From assembly GCA_051294375.1 (NCBI GenBank), contig CM119269.1:5158773-5222772 (forward strand): DNA of 64,000 nucleotides. The letters run 5' to 3'. Of this stretch, positions 41,301-55,235 are shown in pieces; the stretch's first letter is position 1; each line of letters starts with the position of its first letter. The position numbers and the translations under genes are program-made. The notes beneath the pieces were generated by a model. The model searched no databases. It was not told where the DNA came from and saw only the letters and a list, made by a program, of their open reading frames with translations. This DNA is from Paraspadella gotoi. Its lineage: Eukaryota; Animalia; Chaetognatha.

Positions 41301-44227
41301 GGGAAAAAAGAATAAAAAAGAAAGGAAAAAAAATGGGAAAAAAAGAGAAAAGTTGGGAGAGTGAAAGATTAGCGAGTCCTTCGTTATAAAGAGGAAGAAT
41401 AATTAAGCCTATGATTGTCATTTAATGAAGTTTTTTTTTTCTTATTTTTGAAGACGGCGAACGACTTGAGAAAATTAATGTCGACTGAGTCATTTCTATC
41501 TTTTTATTTTTCTTCAAAACGGACGTGATTAGAATTACGTTGAATGTTCGCTTGTACTGATTACGAGGGGCCTTGCGTGCTTTGACGCGCGTGCGCTTTC
41601 GCGCCAAGGAATGATATTAAGTCACATTGAAATATTGATTAAGGTTAATTGGATAAAGAAATTAGCTTTTATCGATCGTCGCAACTTTTACACTGTATTT
41701 CTCGATGCCCGGTTTGTTGAATCCTTATGTTATTTTTTTTAATAGTACACACAACAAAAAGTTAATTGTAGTATCTAACAAATAAAAAATATACTCATTG
41801 TTAAAGAGTGGCTGGCTCTCTCTCTCTCTCTCCAATCTCTCATCATCTCATTTCTCTCGCATTCTACGTCTCTTTTGGAGCTGGCCCTCGAGTGAGTCTA
41901 TCGTTCTTGATATGCATCCTTTCTTTCGTCTCGTTCCCTCTTCTTCTTCGCGTTGACTTTTCTTTTTTTCTTCTCCTTGCTGTCTCTCATTCGCTCGTTC
42001 CCCATTTTCAACCCCTTTCAGCTTATCCCTCTTTTTGCCTGGGCCTTACGCCGAACCGATATGAGGGAATTTTATGAGAGCCATTCTCGAGGCGCATTCT
42101 ATTTTTTTTTAATTCCCGCTTGTTTTGCACCTATTCTTTACGTAATTTCAACTCTCTGCGAGATCACACGTCTCGACCATAATCTCCACCATGGTCTGCC
42201 GAATACTGATATTCTCTCCTATCCCTTTCTGAACAGATCTCTATCGCTTACCTTAATCAAGCATTTCTCTACCACATCAGCTTTGCTTCTATACACACAT
42301 CAGGCTTAAATATAAGGCTTTTCTAGCTATATGGTCATTCTATCCGTCGCTCGGGTTTGGTTCGATCGCGCTGTTTTACGCGGATCGTAATCGATATCAC
42401 CTGAGTTTTACTCTTTCCTTCCCCACAACCCTCTCTCGTCATCAGCCGCCTCCAACTTGGGCGCCTGGTCGGGAGCGTGGCGAGCGGCCCATGGCTGTGC
42501 AGGCTACACATCAGACACGCCATCCATGTGCCCCGACTCGCTGCGCCCGTCCTACGTAGCCGTACTACCACACCGCCCAGACAGGCATAAGTACGATGGC
42601 TCGGACTATACCGCGGAGTCATACGGAGGTTCACCATGATTCTAATGCAGTCAGTTTTCACTAGTCGCTTGCATTCTTCAGACTTCGACCACACTTCATG
42701 TAAACATATCGCGCACGTCCTCTGCTCTCCGCGTCTCTTCAGTCGTACTGTCCGGCAAGCGAGGCGGCGCCAGACTTTCTCTTTCCTGTTCTATTCTCCC
42801 CTCCCCAGCCTGTCGACTCGCACTTCTTTCGTTTTCCATTCTCGTCGATTTTGCAGCGAGGCAGCCGTGAGTTTTGAAGCTACCCGCCTGGCGTCCAGCT
42901 TTGGTTCTTGATCCTCCGGTCGGTGGTTCGCAGGGGTTATCGTATACTTAGATGCTATCATCTGATGCTTCTAAAGTCCGTCAATCATGGTCCGAATTTA
43001 GGAGCGGCATTGCATGATGCTTTTACCTACTACAAGATAAGGGCCATTGTCCGCTGCATTTCCTCTTGGTAGGCGACAAGTTTCTCCTGATCAAGCATGA
43101 TCGCCTTTATCACAGGCTATAGATTGACTGCGTCATCCAGCTTCCTCATCCCTTCCTTTACAGGTTGAAGCAAGCGGGCTTCCGGCGCTTCTTTACGACC
43201 TTTCACAGGCGTCCCTCTGGCCCGATAAATTTGCAGGCGACTAGCGGGCCTCTTTCACGACGTCGACTTGAATACTTGTCACCACAGAATTTCCTATCGG
43301 GTTTAAGCTTCTGCAACTATCCTTCTTCTCAGCGAACGGCTTCCTCCGACCTCTTCTGGGTCTCTCCTTTCTGGCCGTTGACAATCGAGCGTCGGAACTG
43401 TCCCGCCATCCCTCACTAAATGTGGCGCAAGGCAGACAGTTTTTAGGGCTAGGTTCCCGCCCGTGCAGCAGCTCGACGTCGTAAACGTCAGGCCGCATTC
43501 GATTCTCCTCCCTCTCTATTCTTGTTCTCCGTCTTCGTCGCTTTCCCTCCTGTGTAGGGTCAGTGGTACTCCGCCGCGCAGTCTGACTCCGATCTCCTCC
43601 TCTCCTCTCTTTCTCTCCTCTCTCTCTCTCTTTCGTCTCTCTCGGTCGGGTCTGCGGGTCGGGTCGGATGTGCCACGGGCGACCAAGCGCCGCCTTACCA
43701 GCAAAATCCAATTACCTGGAATAGCGAATTCCGGAGACTCGAGCAGAGATTTTTTTTCTTTTTCGGAGAGCGATGAAGAAAGAGGAAAGATAATGAAAGA
43801 AAGAGAAGGAAAGGAAGAAAGGGACAAAGAGACAGACAGACAGACGGACAAACTGAAAGACAGACTGACAAACGGACAAACAAACAGACCAGAAGAAAGA
43901 CATATTGACCAACTGACAGACGATGAGAGAGACGAAAAGACGGGCCGACAAATAGACAGTCGCACGGACAGAGAGACAAACGGGCAAAGAGCCATAAAAA
44001 AAAAAGCAAATTGCGTAAATTTTATAAACATATACTAGACTGAGAGCAAAAGGAGATGAAAAGCGGCGAATAATTTTTTTTTTTTCACAGTAAACAAATG
44101 TTGAACAAAACTGTGAAGCTAAAAATAGTTTGTACGGTTGTTTATCGAGTCGTAATTCGTTTTGTCTCCTTTCCCGCTCTCGCGTTTCTTTGCCAAGAGA
44201 AGGAAGGAAGGAAAGAAAGAAAAAATA

Positions 44228-44327
<100 letters not shown>

Positions 44328-45467
44328 ACATTGGCTTTGTCGAAAGTGGTAAATACGCGAGTGAAAGCGGATGGCGTGGCCGGGTGGCAAAATTGGCAAA
44401 TGGCAAAAACGGTGGCGCTCGAGTTGTGCGGAGGCGATGCGCTATTGCCCGTTTATTGAATGTCCGGGTTCGACTGAAAAGCGCGTTCTGCGCTGATTGA
44501 ACTCGACGTTGCGGCGTCCGTTTTATAAAGGACGTGGCTTCCGTCGAGTAAAAGGTCGACGCCCTCTGCCGGTCGCGTTGTAAAAAATGGCGCTCGCTCG
44601 TAAAACTGTCTATATTTACCTTTTAAGCTGACGTCATGTTTCTCGGTAAAACGTTCTACGTTTCTTTTCTCTCTCACGTTAGTTTATATATAACTCCTTC
44701 GTTAAGTTAATTTCTTTGATGCGCCCGACCCGTCGAATCTTTTTGTGAACATCGTATCAGATCCAACTGATTGGAATTTCATGCCAGAACCGATCCATCA
44801 AGCGGACCGCCGAAACAAACGGGAGGAACGAAAGAAGAAAAAAAAGGAGCGGTTTAATCTTGAATGAGATAAGAACGAAGTTCGTTTTTCGGGGAAATGA
44901 ATAAATAAAGTGAAAGAGAGAGACAGAGACGCCGGGATTTCTTTTTTCTTTGGAGGTGGGAGCGTGGAGGTTTTTGTTGTTCGTTTTTGTTTTTAATAGG
45001 AGGTGGCGGGGGGGGACACAACCTCCTTGATCCTTTTTTTTTCTTCTCGTTTTAGTTCTTAGTTTTGTTTTGTTTTCACTTTGTCATCGAGCAATCAAAA
45101 AGGTAAAAATAACAACAACAACATTTTACATTTGCTAAAAGGTCATTCTGTTTGGATAAAAGAACGGTCATTCTTACTGACCTCTACGGNNNNNNNNNNN
45201 NNNNNNNNNNNNNNTTTTGGGGGGGGGGGTGGGGGAGGTTTTGTGTTGTGTCGTTTTTGTTTTTAATAGGAGTGGCGGGGGGGGACACAAACGTCCTTGA
45301 TCCTTTTTTTTTCTTCTCGTTTTAGTTCTTAGTTTTTGTTTTGTTTTCACTTTGTCATCGAGCAATCAAAAAGGTAAAAATAACAACAACAACATTTTAC
45401 ATTTGCTAAAAAAGGTCAATTCTGTTTGGAAAAGAACGGTCATTCTTACTGACCTCTACGGGTCACA

Positions 45468-47683
45468 AAGTACAAAGACTTCGTCGGTCGTCTTCGTTGT
45501 CATTTTCGTCGTCGGACAGAATCTCGATTTTCTCTTTTCAGGGGCACTTTTCCTCTCTCTCTTTTTCTCCATCTCTCTCTCTTTCTCTTAAATTCTCCTT
45601 TCTACCTCCCTATCCACCCTCCCCTCGCCTCTATCCTCCTCACTACTCACCCTATCCCCCTTCCTACTATCTTCCCCTTTTCATCTTTCCTATCTCCGAT
45701 CTTCCTTTCAGTTTTTGATTCGATCCTTTCCGGTCAATCTCCTTTTTATCATCGCCGCCGACATCTTTTCCTCGGATTCCCTTTTCTTTATTACCTTTTT
45801 AAACATTACCCTCTTTTTCTTCTAACTTACCCCTTTCGTCGAACTCCTTTTCTAGGAAATACCCCTATTTCTTTCGGTAATCTCTTTTCTTCTAACTCAC
45901 CCCCTTTTCACTTACCTGAGACATATGTACCCACTTTCTTTCAGTTACCCTCTTTCCTCTAACCCTAATTCTAAAGAAATGGTCCTCCTCCTTTTCGCTT
46001 CCGTTTCCTTTCTCTCCGTTTTAACCTAATTCCTTTTTTCAATTCGCCATCTTGATTTGTTTTTTTCTTTTCCGTTCCGAGAAATCAGCCGTTATTTTAA
46101 ACTTGAGGGGGAACGTGTTATTTTTAAAAGACGTCTCATGGAGCCCATAGATATCAATTAGATATACAGTACAGTGTATGAAATAGGTAAAATCGTTATA
46201 AAAATATCCTTTTTTTTTTTCAAATAAATAAGCCATCTTGCCCCAGACTTTGAGGCACCGGACTGTAGACACGTGGACAGTGGACACTGTCCAGTGGACA
46301 GGTCTCAATATAAACGCATCTTCTTCCCTACGACTTAATCTGAAAATACGATCGCTTTTCTCATCCATTATATTGATAATTGATAGTCACTTCAATAATC
46401 AATCAAAGTTCTTTTCTTTTCCTTTATGCAGTCACTCACCGGTCACCGTCGACATATCTTTATCATTTTTTTCTCCCACAAAGATTTTTCTTCCGTCTAG
46501 AATCGGAGAAGATATATACTAAGGCTTTCGGCGTTAAAAACAAAACCCGGCTTTTTTTAGTCAATAATCATAATTGTTTATTTACTCCAATATTTATACT
46601 TCTTAATCGTATTCCTCATCTCTATAATAACGTTTCTCACCAATTGATATAATCCAACCCCTTCTCCAAAAACTCCTTCACATCTTTTCCCATTCGAGAA
46701 GAAACACTTTCCTCAATGCGACGTCTAACAAACTTCCTCTCTCTTTCTCTTAACAATCACCGTGCCAGCGTGCCACCCTTTTTAGTTGCAGTCATTGTCA
46801 TTGTAAATCTGCAATTTATCCTTTTTTTCCCCTCAACGCCATCTCTAACCCCCCATTCTCCCCCCCCTTTCGGGCTGCCCCCCGATCACCGGCCGCCTTT
46901 CAAACGCCATCGCGGTCGCGGCGTGATTTCAGCGGTCTCCGCCTCATTGCCGAAGCCGGACGTTTGTGGCGAAGACAATCGACCGTCTTTGTTTATTGAA
47001 CGACCAAAAATGTCTTTTGACGAGGCGGCAGAGGGTCGTTAGACTCGTTTGGACTCGTTAAATCTTCCCTCGTTTCGAAGTCACGCAGAAAGGGATTCTT
47101 TTGTCTTTTTGTCTTTCGTTCACTGTTTTTTTTTTTCTCTGTTTGTCTTCGTTTTAATTGTTTTTATTTATTTATTATATTTGGTTTGCATATTTCGAGG
47201 CGTTTCTCTCTCTTCTTTCGTTTTAAAATTTAATTGGGTTTTATAATTTCTGAATCGCCGAGTCGCGTGCTTGATTCAATTTGGTTCGGAAAAAATGTAC
47301 GGAAATTTAAAAATCCATGATCATGGAAACAAAATTTTTATCTTGAAAAAATTTCAGTGTCTTTTATCTTTTCTTATGTTGCCTTGTCGTCGTCGTCGTC
47401 GTCGTCGTTGTCTTTCGTTCCCTATTATTTTTCGTTTCAAAGAGAATCTTCTTTCCAACAGAATTTATTCTTTCAGTTTTCTTATTGTATTTTCAAATCC
47501 TAATCAACTTCTTTTTGTTCGTTAAAATTTAGTATAATTAGCATATCACAACGATTAAGCGCTTGAGGTTATGCGCGTATTCATTCTTCTCTCTGAGAAT
47601 CTCTCGCCATCAACATTCGGCAAGTTTTGAGCGTAACTAAATAGTGAGCCTGAGCTCTCTCCCTTCCTCTGCTCTCCTCTCTC

Positions 47684-47723
<40 letters not shown>

Positions 47724-50700
47724 CAATCGTCTCTCTCTCTCTCTCTCTCTCATTTATTCCTCGTGACAGTTTCCCATTATCCAATGCCGGTTGGCTTTTG
47801 TTGTTCCTTTGCACCCCTTTTTGGCCCGGATGATTGACGGGTTTTTGTCGCACTGCTGCGTGGATCTTCCTCCTCTCCTCTTCTTCCCTCATGTGCCCGC
47901 TTCCTCTTTTTTTTCCTTTCCTCCAATTTCTCAACTCATACTTTCGCCTTTCTTCCCTTTTCTCCTTAAAATTCTCAATGTTTTGAGCCTTTTTCTTCTG
48001 TTTCATTTCCTTTCCTCCGAATCATCATTTTCCTTTGTTCAGTGTTTTTCTTCTATTCTTCTTTCTTTCTTTTCTATTCTTCACCTTCTCCGGGTTTTCC
48101 CTCTATTTATTTTCTCCTTTTCTATTTTCGCATCCCAACCTTCTCCTTTTTCCTCTCCTCGCATTTCCTCTTCCCTTTCCCCGTCCTCCTCCATCCCACA
48201 TCCTCCTCTTTCCTCCCTTTCCTTTCCTCCATTCCAAAAACAAAATTCTCGATCCTCCGATCGAATTTTGCTTTGAACGCAGTTTGTCTCTTTCTTATTC
48301 CTTACCTTTATTTTGTCTTCGTCATTTCTCTTTCACCTTTCATCTTTTCTTTTTTTTTCTCAGTCTCTTGTCTCGTTGCTTATTTTTCACGCCTGTTTTT
48401 TTTGTTTAGTTGCGCCGCGAGTACGTAGCGGAGCAACTCTACAATCACTTTTTCAGGTGGTCCGTCGATCGGTCGGTTCCGTCGGTCGTCGGTTGTCTGT
48501 CCGTTTGGTCTAATCCCAATTCACTAAAATGCAGTATAAATTGCCTTATAAATTGTTTATGTCATTTAGTTAAGTCAGGCAAAAAACCTCAAAATCTAAC
48601 GATCTGGCCACTGGGCCGGCCTTCAAGGAATTCCCTAAGAACTAAAAGGGAATAAAAAGACGGAGATTTTTAAAAACATCTATAGACGACTAAAGAAAGT
48701 TGTTAGTCTGTCTGTTATGTCATATGTGATCAAGCGGGATAAAAAAAAAATACAATGAATATAAAGTCACTCGCGGCGCAACACATTGGAATTACCGTTC
48801 TGTTTTGTTTTCTTGTTTTTTCCTTCCTCTTCGTCACTTTTCGTATTTCCCTCCTCTCGTCTCTTTCTCTTATTCTTTCTCCTCTCTAAAATCCCTCGAA
48901 AGTACAAAGACTTCGTCGTCGTCTTCGTTGTCATATTCGTCGTCGACGTCGTCTCCGTTTCGAATCATTTGATCTCCCAAAATTTTCTCTTTTTCCAGCG
49001 ACACTTTTCCTCTCTCTCTTTTTCTCCATCTCTCTCTCTCTTTCTCTTAAATTCTCCTTTCTACCTCCCCTATCCACCACCTCCCTCCTCTATCCACCCC
49101 CTCCCTCCTCTATCCTCCTCCCTACTCACCCTATCCTCCTACTATCTTCCCCTTTCCATCTTTCCTATCTCCGATCTTCCTTTCAGTTTTTGATTCCGAT
49201 CCTTTCCGGTCAATCTCCCTTTTTATCATCGCCGCCGACGTCCTTTCCTCGGATTCCCCTTTTCTTTATTACCTTTTTAAACTTACCCTCTTTTTCTTCT
49301 AACTCACCCCCTTTTCACTTACCTGAGACATATGTACCCACTTTTCTTTCAGTTACCCTCTTTCCTCTAACCCTAATTCTAAGAAATGGGTCCTCCCTCC
49401 CTTTTCGCTCCGTTTCCTTTCTCTCCGTTTTAACCTCATTTCCTTTTTCAATTTCGCCATCTTGAATTTGTTTTTTTTCTTTTCCGTTCCGAGAAATCAG
49501 CCGTTATTTTAAAACTTGAGGGGGAACGTGTTATTTTTAAAAGACGTCTCATGGAGCCCATAGAGATAAATTAGATATACAGTACGTCTGTATGAAATAG
49601 GTAAAATCGTTATAAAAATTATCTTTTTTTTTTTCAATAAATTAGCCAGGTTGCCCCAGACTTTGGGCACCGGACTGTGGAGACTGGACAGAGGACACTG
49701 TCCAGTGGACACTGTCCAGTGGACAGGTCTCAATATAAACGCATCTTCTTCCTACGACTTAATCTGAAAATACGATCGCTTTTCTCATCCATTATATTGA
49801 TAATTGATAGTCACTTCAATAATCAATCAAAGTTCTTTTCTTCCTTTATGCAGTCACTCACCGGTCACCGTCGACATATCTTTATCATTTTTCTCTCCAC
49901 AAAGATTTTTCTTCCGTCTAGAATCGGAGAAGATATATACTAAGCTTTCGGCGTTAAAAACAAAACCGGCTTTTTAGTCAATAATCATAATTGTTTATTT
50001 ACTCAATATTTATACTTCTTAATCGTATTCCTCATCGTCTCATAATAAAGTTTCTCACAATTGATATAATCACCCCTCTCCAAAACTCCTTCACATCTTT
50101 TCCCATTCGAGAAGAAACACTTTCTCAATCGACGTCTAACAAAACTTCCTCTCTCTTCTCTTAACAATCACCGTGCCAGCGTGCCACCCTTTTTAGTTGC
50201 AGTCATTGTCATTGTAAATCTGCAATTTATCCTTTTTTTCCCCTCAACGCCATCTCTAACCCCCCATTCTCCCCCCCCCTTCGGCTCCCCCCGCCCGCGC
50301 CTTTTCAAACGCCATCGACGTCGCGGCGTGATTTCAGCGGTCTCCGCCTCATTGCCGAAGCCGACGTTTGTGGCGAAGACAATCGACGTCTTTGTGTTAT
50401 TGAACGACCAAAATGTCTTTGACGAGCGGCAGAGGTCGTTAGACTCGTTTGGACTCGTTAAATCTTCCCTCGTTTCGAAAGTCACGCAGAAAGGATTCTT
50501 TTGTCTTTTTGTCTTTCGTCACTGTTTTTTTTTTCTCTGTTGTCTTCGTTTTAATTGTTTTTATTTATTTATATATTTGTTTGCATATTTCGAGCGTTTC
50601 TCTCTCTTCTTTCGTTTTAAAATTTATTGGGTTTTATATTTCTGAATCGCCGAGTCGCGTGCTTGATTCAATTTGGTTCGGAAAAATGTACGGAATTTAA

Positions 50701-51065
50701 AAATCCATGATCATGGAAACAAAATTTTTTATCTTGAAAAAATTTCAGTGTCTTTTATCTTTTTCTTATGTTGCCTTGTCGTCGTCGTCGTCGTCGTCGT
50801 TGTCTTTCGTTCCCTATTATTTTTCGTTTCAAGAGAATCTTCTTCCAACAGAATTTATTCTTTCAGTTTCTTATGTATTTCTCACAATCCTAATCAACTT
50901 CTTTTTGTTCGTTAAAATTTAGTATAATTTAGCATATCACAACGATTAAGCGCTTGAGGTTATGCGCGTATTCATTCTTTCTTCTGAGAATCTCTCGCCA
51001 TCAACATTCGGCAGTTTGAGCGTAACTAAATAGTGAGCCTGACTCTCTCTTTCCTCTCTCCCTCT

Positions 51066-51114
<49 letters not shown>

Positions 51115-52170
51115 ATTCCTCGTGACAGTTTCCATTATCCAATGCGGTTGGCTTTTGTTGTTCCTTTGACACCCCTTTTGCCCGGTGATTGACGGCGTTG
51201 TCCACTCCTCGTGGATCTTCCTCTCTCTCCTCTTCTTCCTCCGCTTTCCTCCCTTTTTTTCCTTTCCTCCAATTCTCAAACTCATCTTTCGCCTTCTTCC
51301 CTTTTCTCCTTAAATTCTCAATGTCTTTTACCTTTTTTCTTCTGTTTCATTTCCTTTCCTCCGAATATCATTTTCTTTGTTCATTTTTTTCTTCTATTCT
51401 TTCCTTTTCTTTCTTTTCTTTCTCACCTTTCTCCGTTTTCCTCTATTTATTTTCTCCTTTTCTATTTTCCATCCCACCTTCCTCCTCTTTCCTCTCCTTC
51501 CTTTCCTCTTCCCTTTCCCCTCCTCCTCCCATCCCAACATCCTCCTCTTTCCTCCCTTTCCTTTCCTCCATTCCCAAATTCTCCGATCCTTCGATCGATT
51601 TGCTTTGAACGCAGTTTGTCTCTTTCTTTTATTCTTACCTTTAATTTTCTTCGTCTATTTCTCTTTCACTTTCTCTTCTTTTTTTTTCTCAGTCTCTTGT
51701 CTCGTTCATTATTTTTCACCTGTTTTTTTTTAGTTGCGCCGCGAGTACTCGCGGAGCAACTCTACAAGTCACTTTTCAGGTGGTCGGTCGATCGGTCGGT
51801 CCGTCGGTCCGTCGGTATGTCTGTCCGTTGGTCTATCCCATTTCCACTAAAAATGCATATAAATTGCCTATAATTGTTTATTCATTTGTTAAGACAGAAA
51901 AAAACCTCAAATCTAACGGACTGCCAGCGCCGCCTTCAGGAATTCCTAAAACTAAAGGGAATAAAAGACGGAATTTTAAATACACGGACAAAGAAAGTTT
52001 GTTAGTCATGTCATGTTATGTCATATGTGATCAACGGGAAATACACATGAATATAAAGTCACTGCGGCGCAACACATTGGAATTACCGTTCTTGTTTTCT
52101 TTTCTTTTCTTTTCCTTCCTCTTCGCACGTTTTCGTTATTCCCTCTTCTCTCTCTTTCTTCTTATTCTTT
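45468..52170. repeat. ~3.3-kb direct tandem duplication (45468-48895 vs 48899-52170)
   Basis: Both copies begin aagtacaaagacttcgtcg and end near gcaacacattggaattaccgttc. They differ by indel noise and one clean 70-bp indel. Confidence 0.9.
49860..50720 (-). CDS. Hypothetical protein exons (copies ~46440-47320, ~39480-40270)
   Basis: ORF 50168-50485 (TFETREDLTSPNESNDLCRSSKTFWSFNNTKTSIVFATNVGFGNEAETAE) continues, with errors, into SSRMGKDVKEFWRG and FVFNAESLVYIFSDSRRKKNLCGEKNDKDMSTVT, followed by a GTGAGT donor. Confidence 0.4.
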
Positions 52171-52404
52171 CTCTCTATCCCCCGTCGCCTAAGCCTGCTC
52201 TCCATTTAAATGTTCCACTCATCTTCGTCCCCCCCCTCTTTCTGTCCGTCACCCCCTTATTCACTCCACACTCCCCCTTTCTTCTCTCCTTCTCTCCCCA
52301 CCAATTCACTCCTTCCCCATATCTTTATTCTCAAGAGAGAATCGTTGGCTTGACCTTGGTTGGGGTCAAATTCTTTTGTATGTTTTCTTTTCTCTTTCTT
52401 TCTT

Positions 52405-52488
<84 letters not shown>

Positions 52489-52566
52489 CTTCCCCCTACA
52501 TCTTTTATGAGTTTTACATTTTAGTTCGATCGTTTAACTTTTTAAGATTTTTTTCCCCGCGATTTA

Positions 52567-52770
52567 CAATTTACGTGCGTCGTTTACGATGAGCTCGAGC
52601 TGTGCGTAGCCGTGGGGAATTGTATTTTCTCGTCGAAGGAGCAAAGCCTCGTAAGAATTGTGACTATCACAATTTATTATAAACTGTGTTTGTCCAAGAA
52701 GAGAGATCAGACTCTCAACGTAAGAGCTCCCGAGAAATAATAAGATGATGTGTTGTTGGTTGTTGTTTTT
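52567..52770 (-). CDS. Candidate exon
   Basis: Open frame NNQQHIILLFLGSSYVESLISLLGQTQFIINCDSHNSYEALLLRRENTIPHGYAQLELIVNDAR followed by GTAAAT. Confidence 0.35.
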
Positions 52771-53694
52771 ATTTTGAATCTTTGTTTTTGTTTTTCAGTA
52801 GAGAGCGAGAGATAGAGATAAACGAAAGAAAAAGGAAGAGAGAGGCAGAGCGATTTATTTTTCCGTGCGATCCGGCGACCCGGAGACGGCAAAGATTGTC
52901 AAGGGGTTCCGACCGTCGCGCAACGGGGAAGTTCTCTCATTCTCGTTTTACGATTCTTCTGCTTGCGAGGATTAAAAACGGTTCGGGTGAACGCGACTTC
53001 TACAATTAAAAAATGCGGACGGGACCGCATTTTTCTTTTTGGGGTCGTGGTTTCTTTGATACGAAAAATAAGATAATTTCTCTTTTATTTTTAATATGGA
53101 ACAGTGAAGAAGCTGTTTTGCAATCCGGAAGACTTTTTTTATAAATTTAAATCTTCTTGGCTTTGGTAAGTAAATTAATGTAAATTCTAACTCAGGGGGG
53201 CTGATTATCTTTACAGTTTATGTCTCTATTTCGTTCACAAAGGACTCGCGGATGTGAACCTTTTTATATCTGTACTGTCTATCCATATATAGGGGCATGC
53301 TGTGCTTCGTCCAAAAACGAATAAAGGAAATAAAATTTGAAATTAGAACAAACAAAAAAAGATGTGTGGTTTACAAATGANNNNNNNNNNNNNNNNNNNN
53401 NNNNNNNNNNNNNNNNNNNNNNNNNNNNNNNNNNNNNNNNNNNNNNNNNNNNNNNNNNNNNNNNNNNNNNNNNNNNNNNNNNNNNNNNNNNNNNNNNNNN
53501 NNNNNNNNNNNNNNNNNNNNNNNNNNNNNNNNNNNNNNNNNNNNNNNNNNNNNNNNNNNNNNNNNNNNNNNNNNNNNNNNNNNNNNNNNNNNNNNNNNNN
53601 NNNNNNNNNNNNNNNNNNNNNNNNNNNNNNNNNNNNNNNNNNNNNNNNNNNNNNNNNNNNNNNNNNNNNNNNNNNNNNNNNNNNNNNNNNNNNN

Positions 53695-55235
53695 CATTTG
53701 TTATGTTTTGCCTTTGGCCGTTTCTCTCGAATGCTTTGCTCCCCGAAAACATCTGCATTGACGGGCACTTCAAAAACAGTTTTAATCAAGAGAAAAAATG
53801 ATGTGTTGCCAGAGTCACCTGATATCCATTAGTATCCAATATCCAACAGTAAAGTATAAGTATGAATTATGTCTATTTTACGAAAAAAATACATATATTA
53901 TATATATTTTTATTTGAAAAATTGGTTCAATGGGCAATAGCCAGACATCCAGACAACTTTTTAAAAAATCCTAAAGCCATTTATCCGATAAATGGAAAAG
54001 TAATTCCAGGTTTCCGGTACCGTATGTATATTATATGTATATATATTATATGTATATTATATATTGTATAATGGGTTTTGACATCATGGTTAACCTTAGT
54101 ATTAAGATACGATGGCTAGTACACTGCTGAGGTATTTTTTCAAGAGAATTAATTTTAGTGACTCAATGAAACGCAGGTTCGTACGTCAATTTGTCTGTTT
54201 TATGAAATATTTCATTAAAAACATTGGCTTCTAATTAAAGAGAAAGCTCAAAATCGTTTATCGTATTCGTAATGGGGCAAAATGAAATACAACATATGGA
54301 ATCCTTTAAAACATAACATAAATAAAACAAAGAAAAACTTAATCGATGGAGAGCTGGCCATCAAAATAATTTTTTGTCTCCCGTCCAAAGACTCTGTAAC
54401 GCTACATGATATTTGTAGTTTTTATTATCAGACACATTAAATACGATAAATACTTATAAAATTTGCGATTCGACACATTATCTTTTAAATCTACAAGAAT
54501 ACACGTATTTTGTAAAGCAATAACCAGACTAGACCTGACCCATTTCGCCAGGTGATATGAGCGACCAGGTCCTCCTAGCGGTCGGCGTAGTTATGTTTCT
54601 CAATCGCCAGGATTGTCGTCTTTCTTCTTTGGCTCGACCAAAGAGGCCGCATTGCACAAAACGGCAAATGAGTTCTCGCCATCCTTTCCGCCATTTCCTT
54701 CCGCCCTCTCTCAACTCTCTCTACTCTCTCAAAAACAATCCCTTCTCCCCATCGATCTCCCTCACTCTCTATCATCTCTCTCATCCACAGAATCAATCTT
54801 ACACTAAACATTTATAATCTAATCTCTATAACTCATTAACAAAAAAAACAAAGTCTAACATTTTAAATACAACAAATACACAGAAAAAAATCCAACATCA
54901 TTACTCATCAACATCTCGTCATCCTGCTCAGACTCTCTCTATCTCTCTCTCTCTCAATCTCACTCCCGAATCTTCCTCTTTCTCTCACCCCTTATTTCTA
55001 TACTCCCCCGTAAATGTATCGCATTTGAATTTTTGTATTTGATACCCTCAGTTATCTTCCATAAGTATTCCTTGGAATTCCACTCGGTTCGCTTTTGAAG
55101 CCATTACTCTAAGCTTTTAACACCTAACTCGACAAAAACCTTATCAAACAGCGGCGCCTCGAATGAGACGGGCGCGAAAAAACGGAATAAATGTCCACTG
55201 TTTTCACGACATTTGTGTTTCTCTCGGCTCTACGA
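53695..55235 (-). CDS. Candidate exons of one or more hypothetical proteins
   Basis: CTAATGGATATCAG acceptor before GDSGNTSFFLLIKTVFEVPVNADVFGEQSIREK (53818 leftwards). Near-open frames at ~54340-54685 and ~55010-55230. Confidence 0.3.

Noticed and set aside
53009-53035. AAAAATGCGG-ACGGGA-CCGCATTTTT hairpin resembling an intrinsic terminator
   Set aside because: Eukaryotic context and no associated bacterial-type gene; it is an isolated short inverted repeat.
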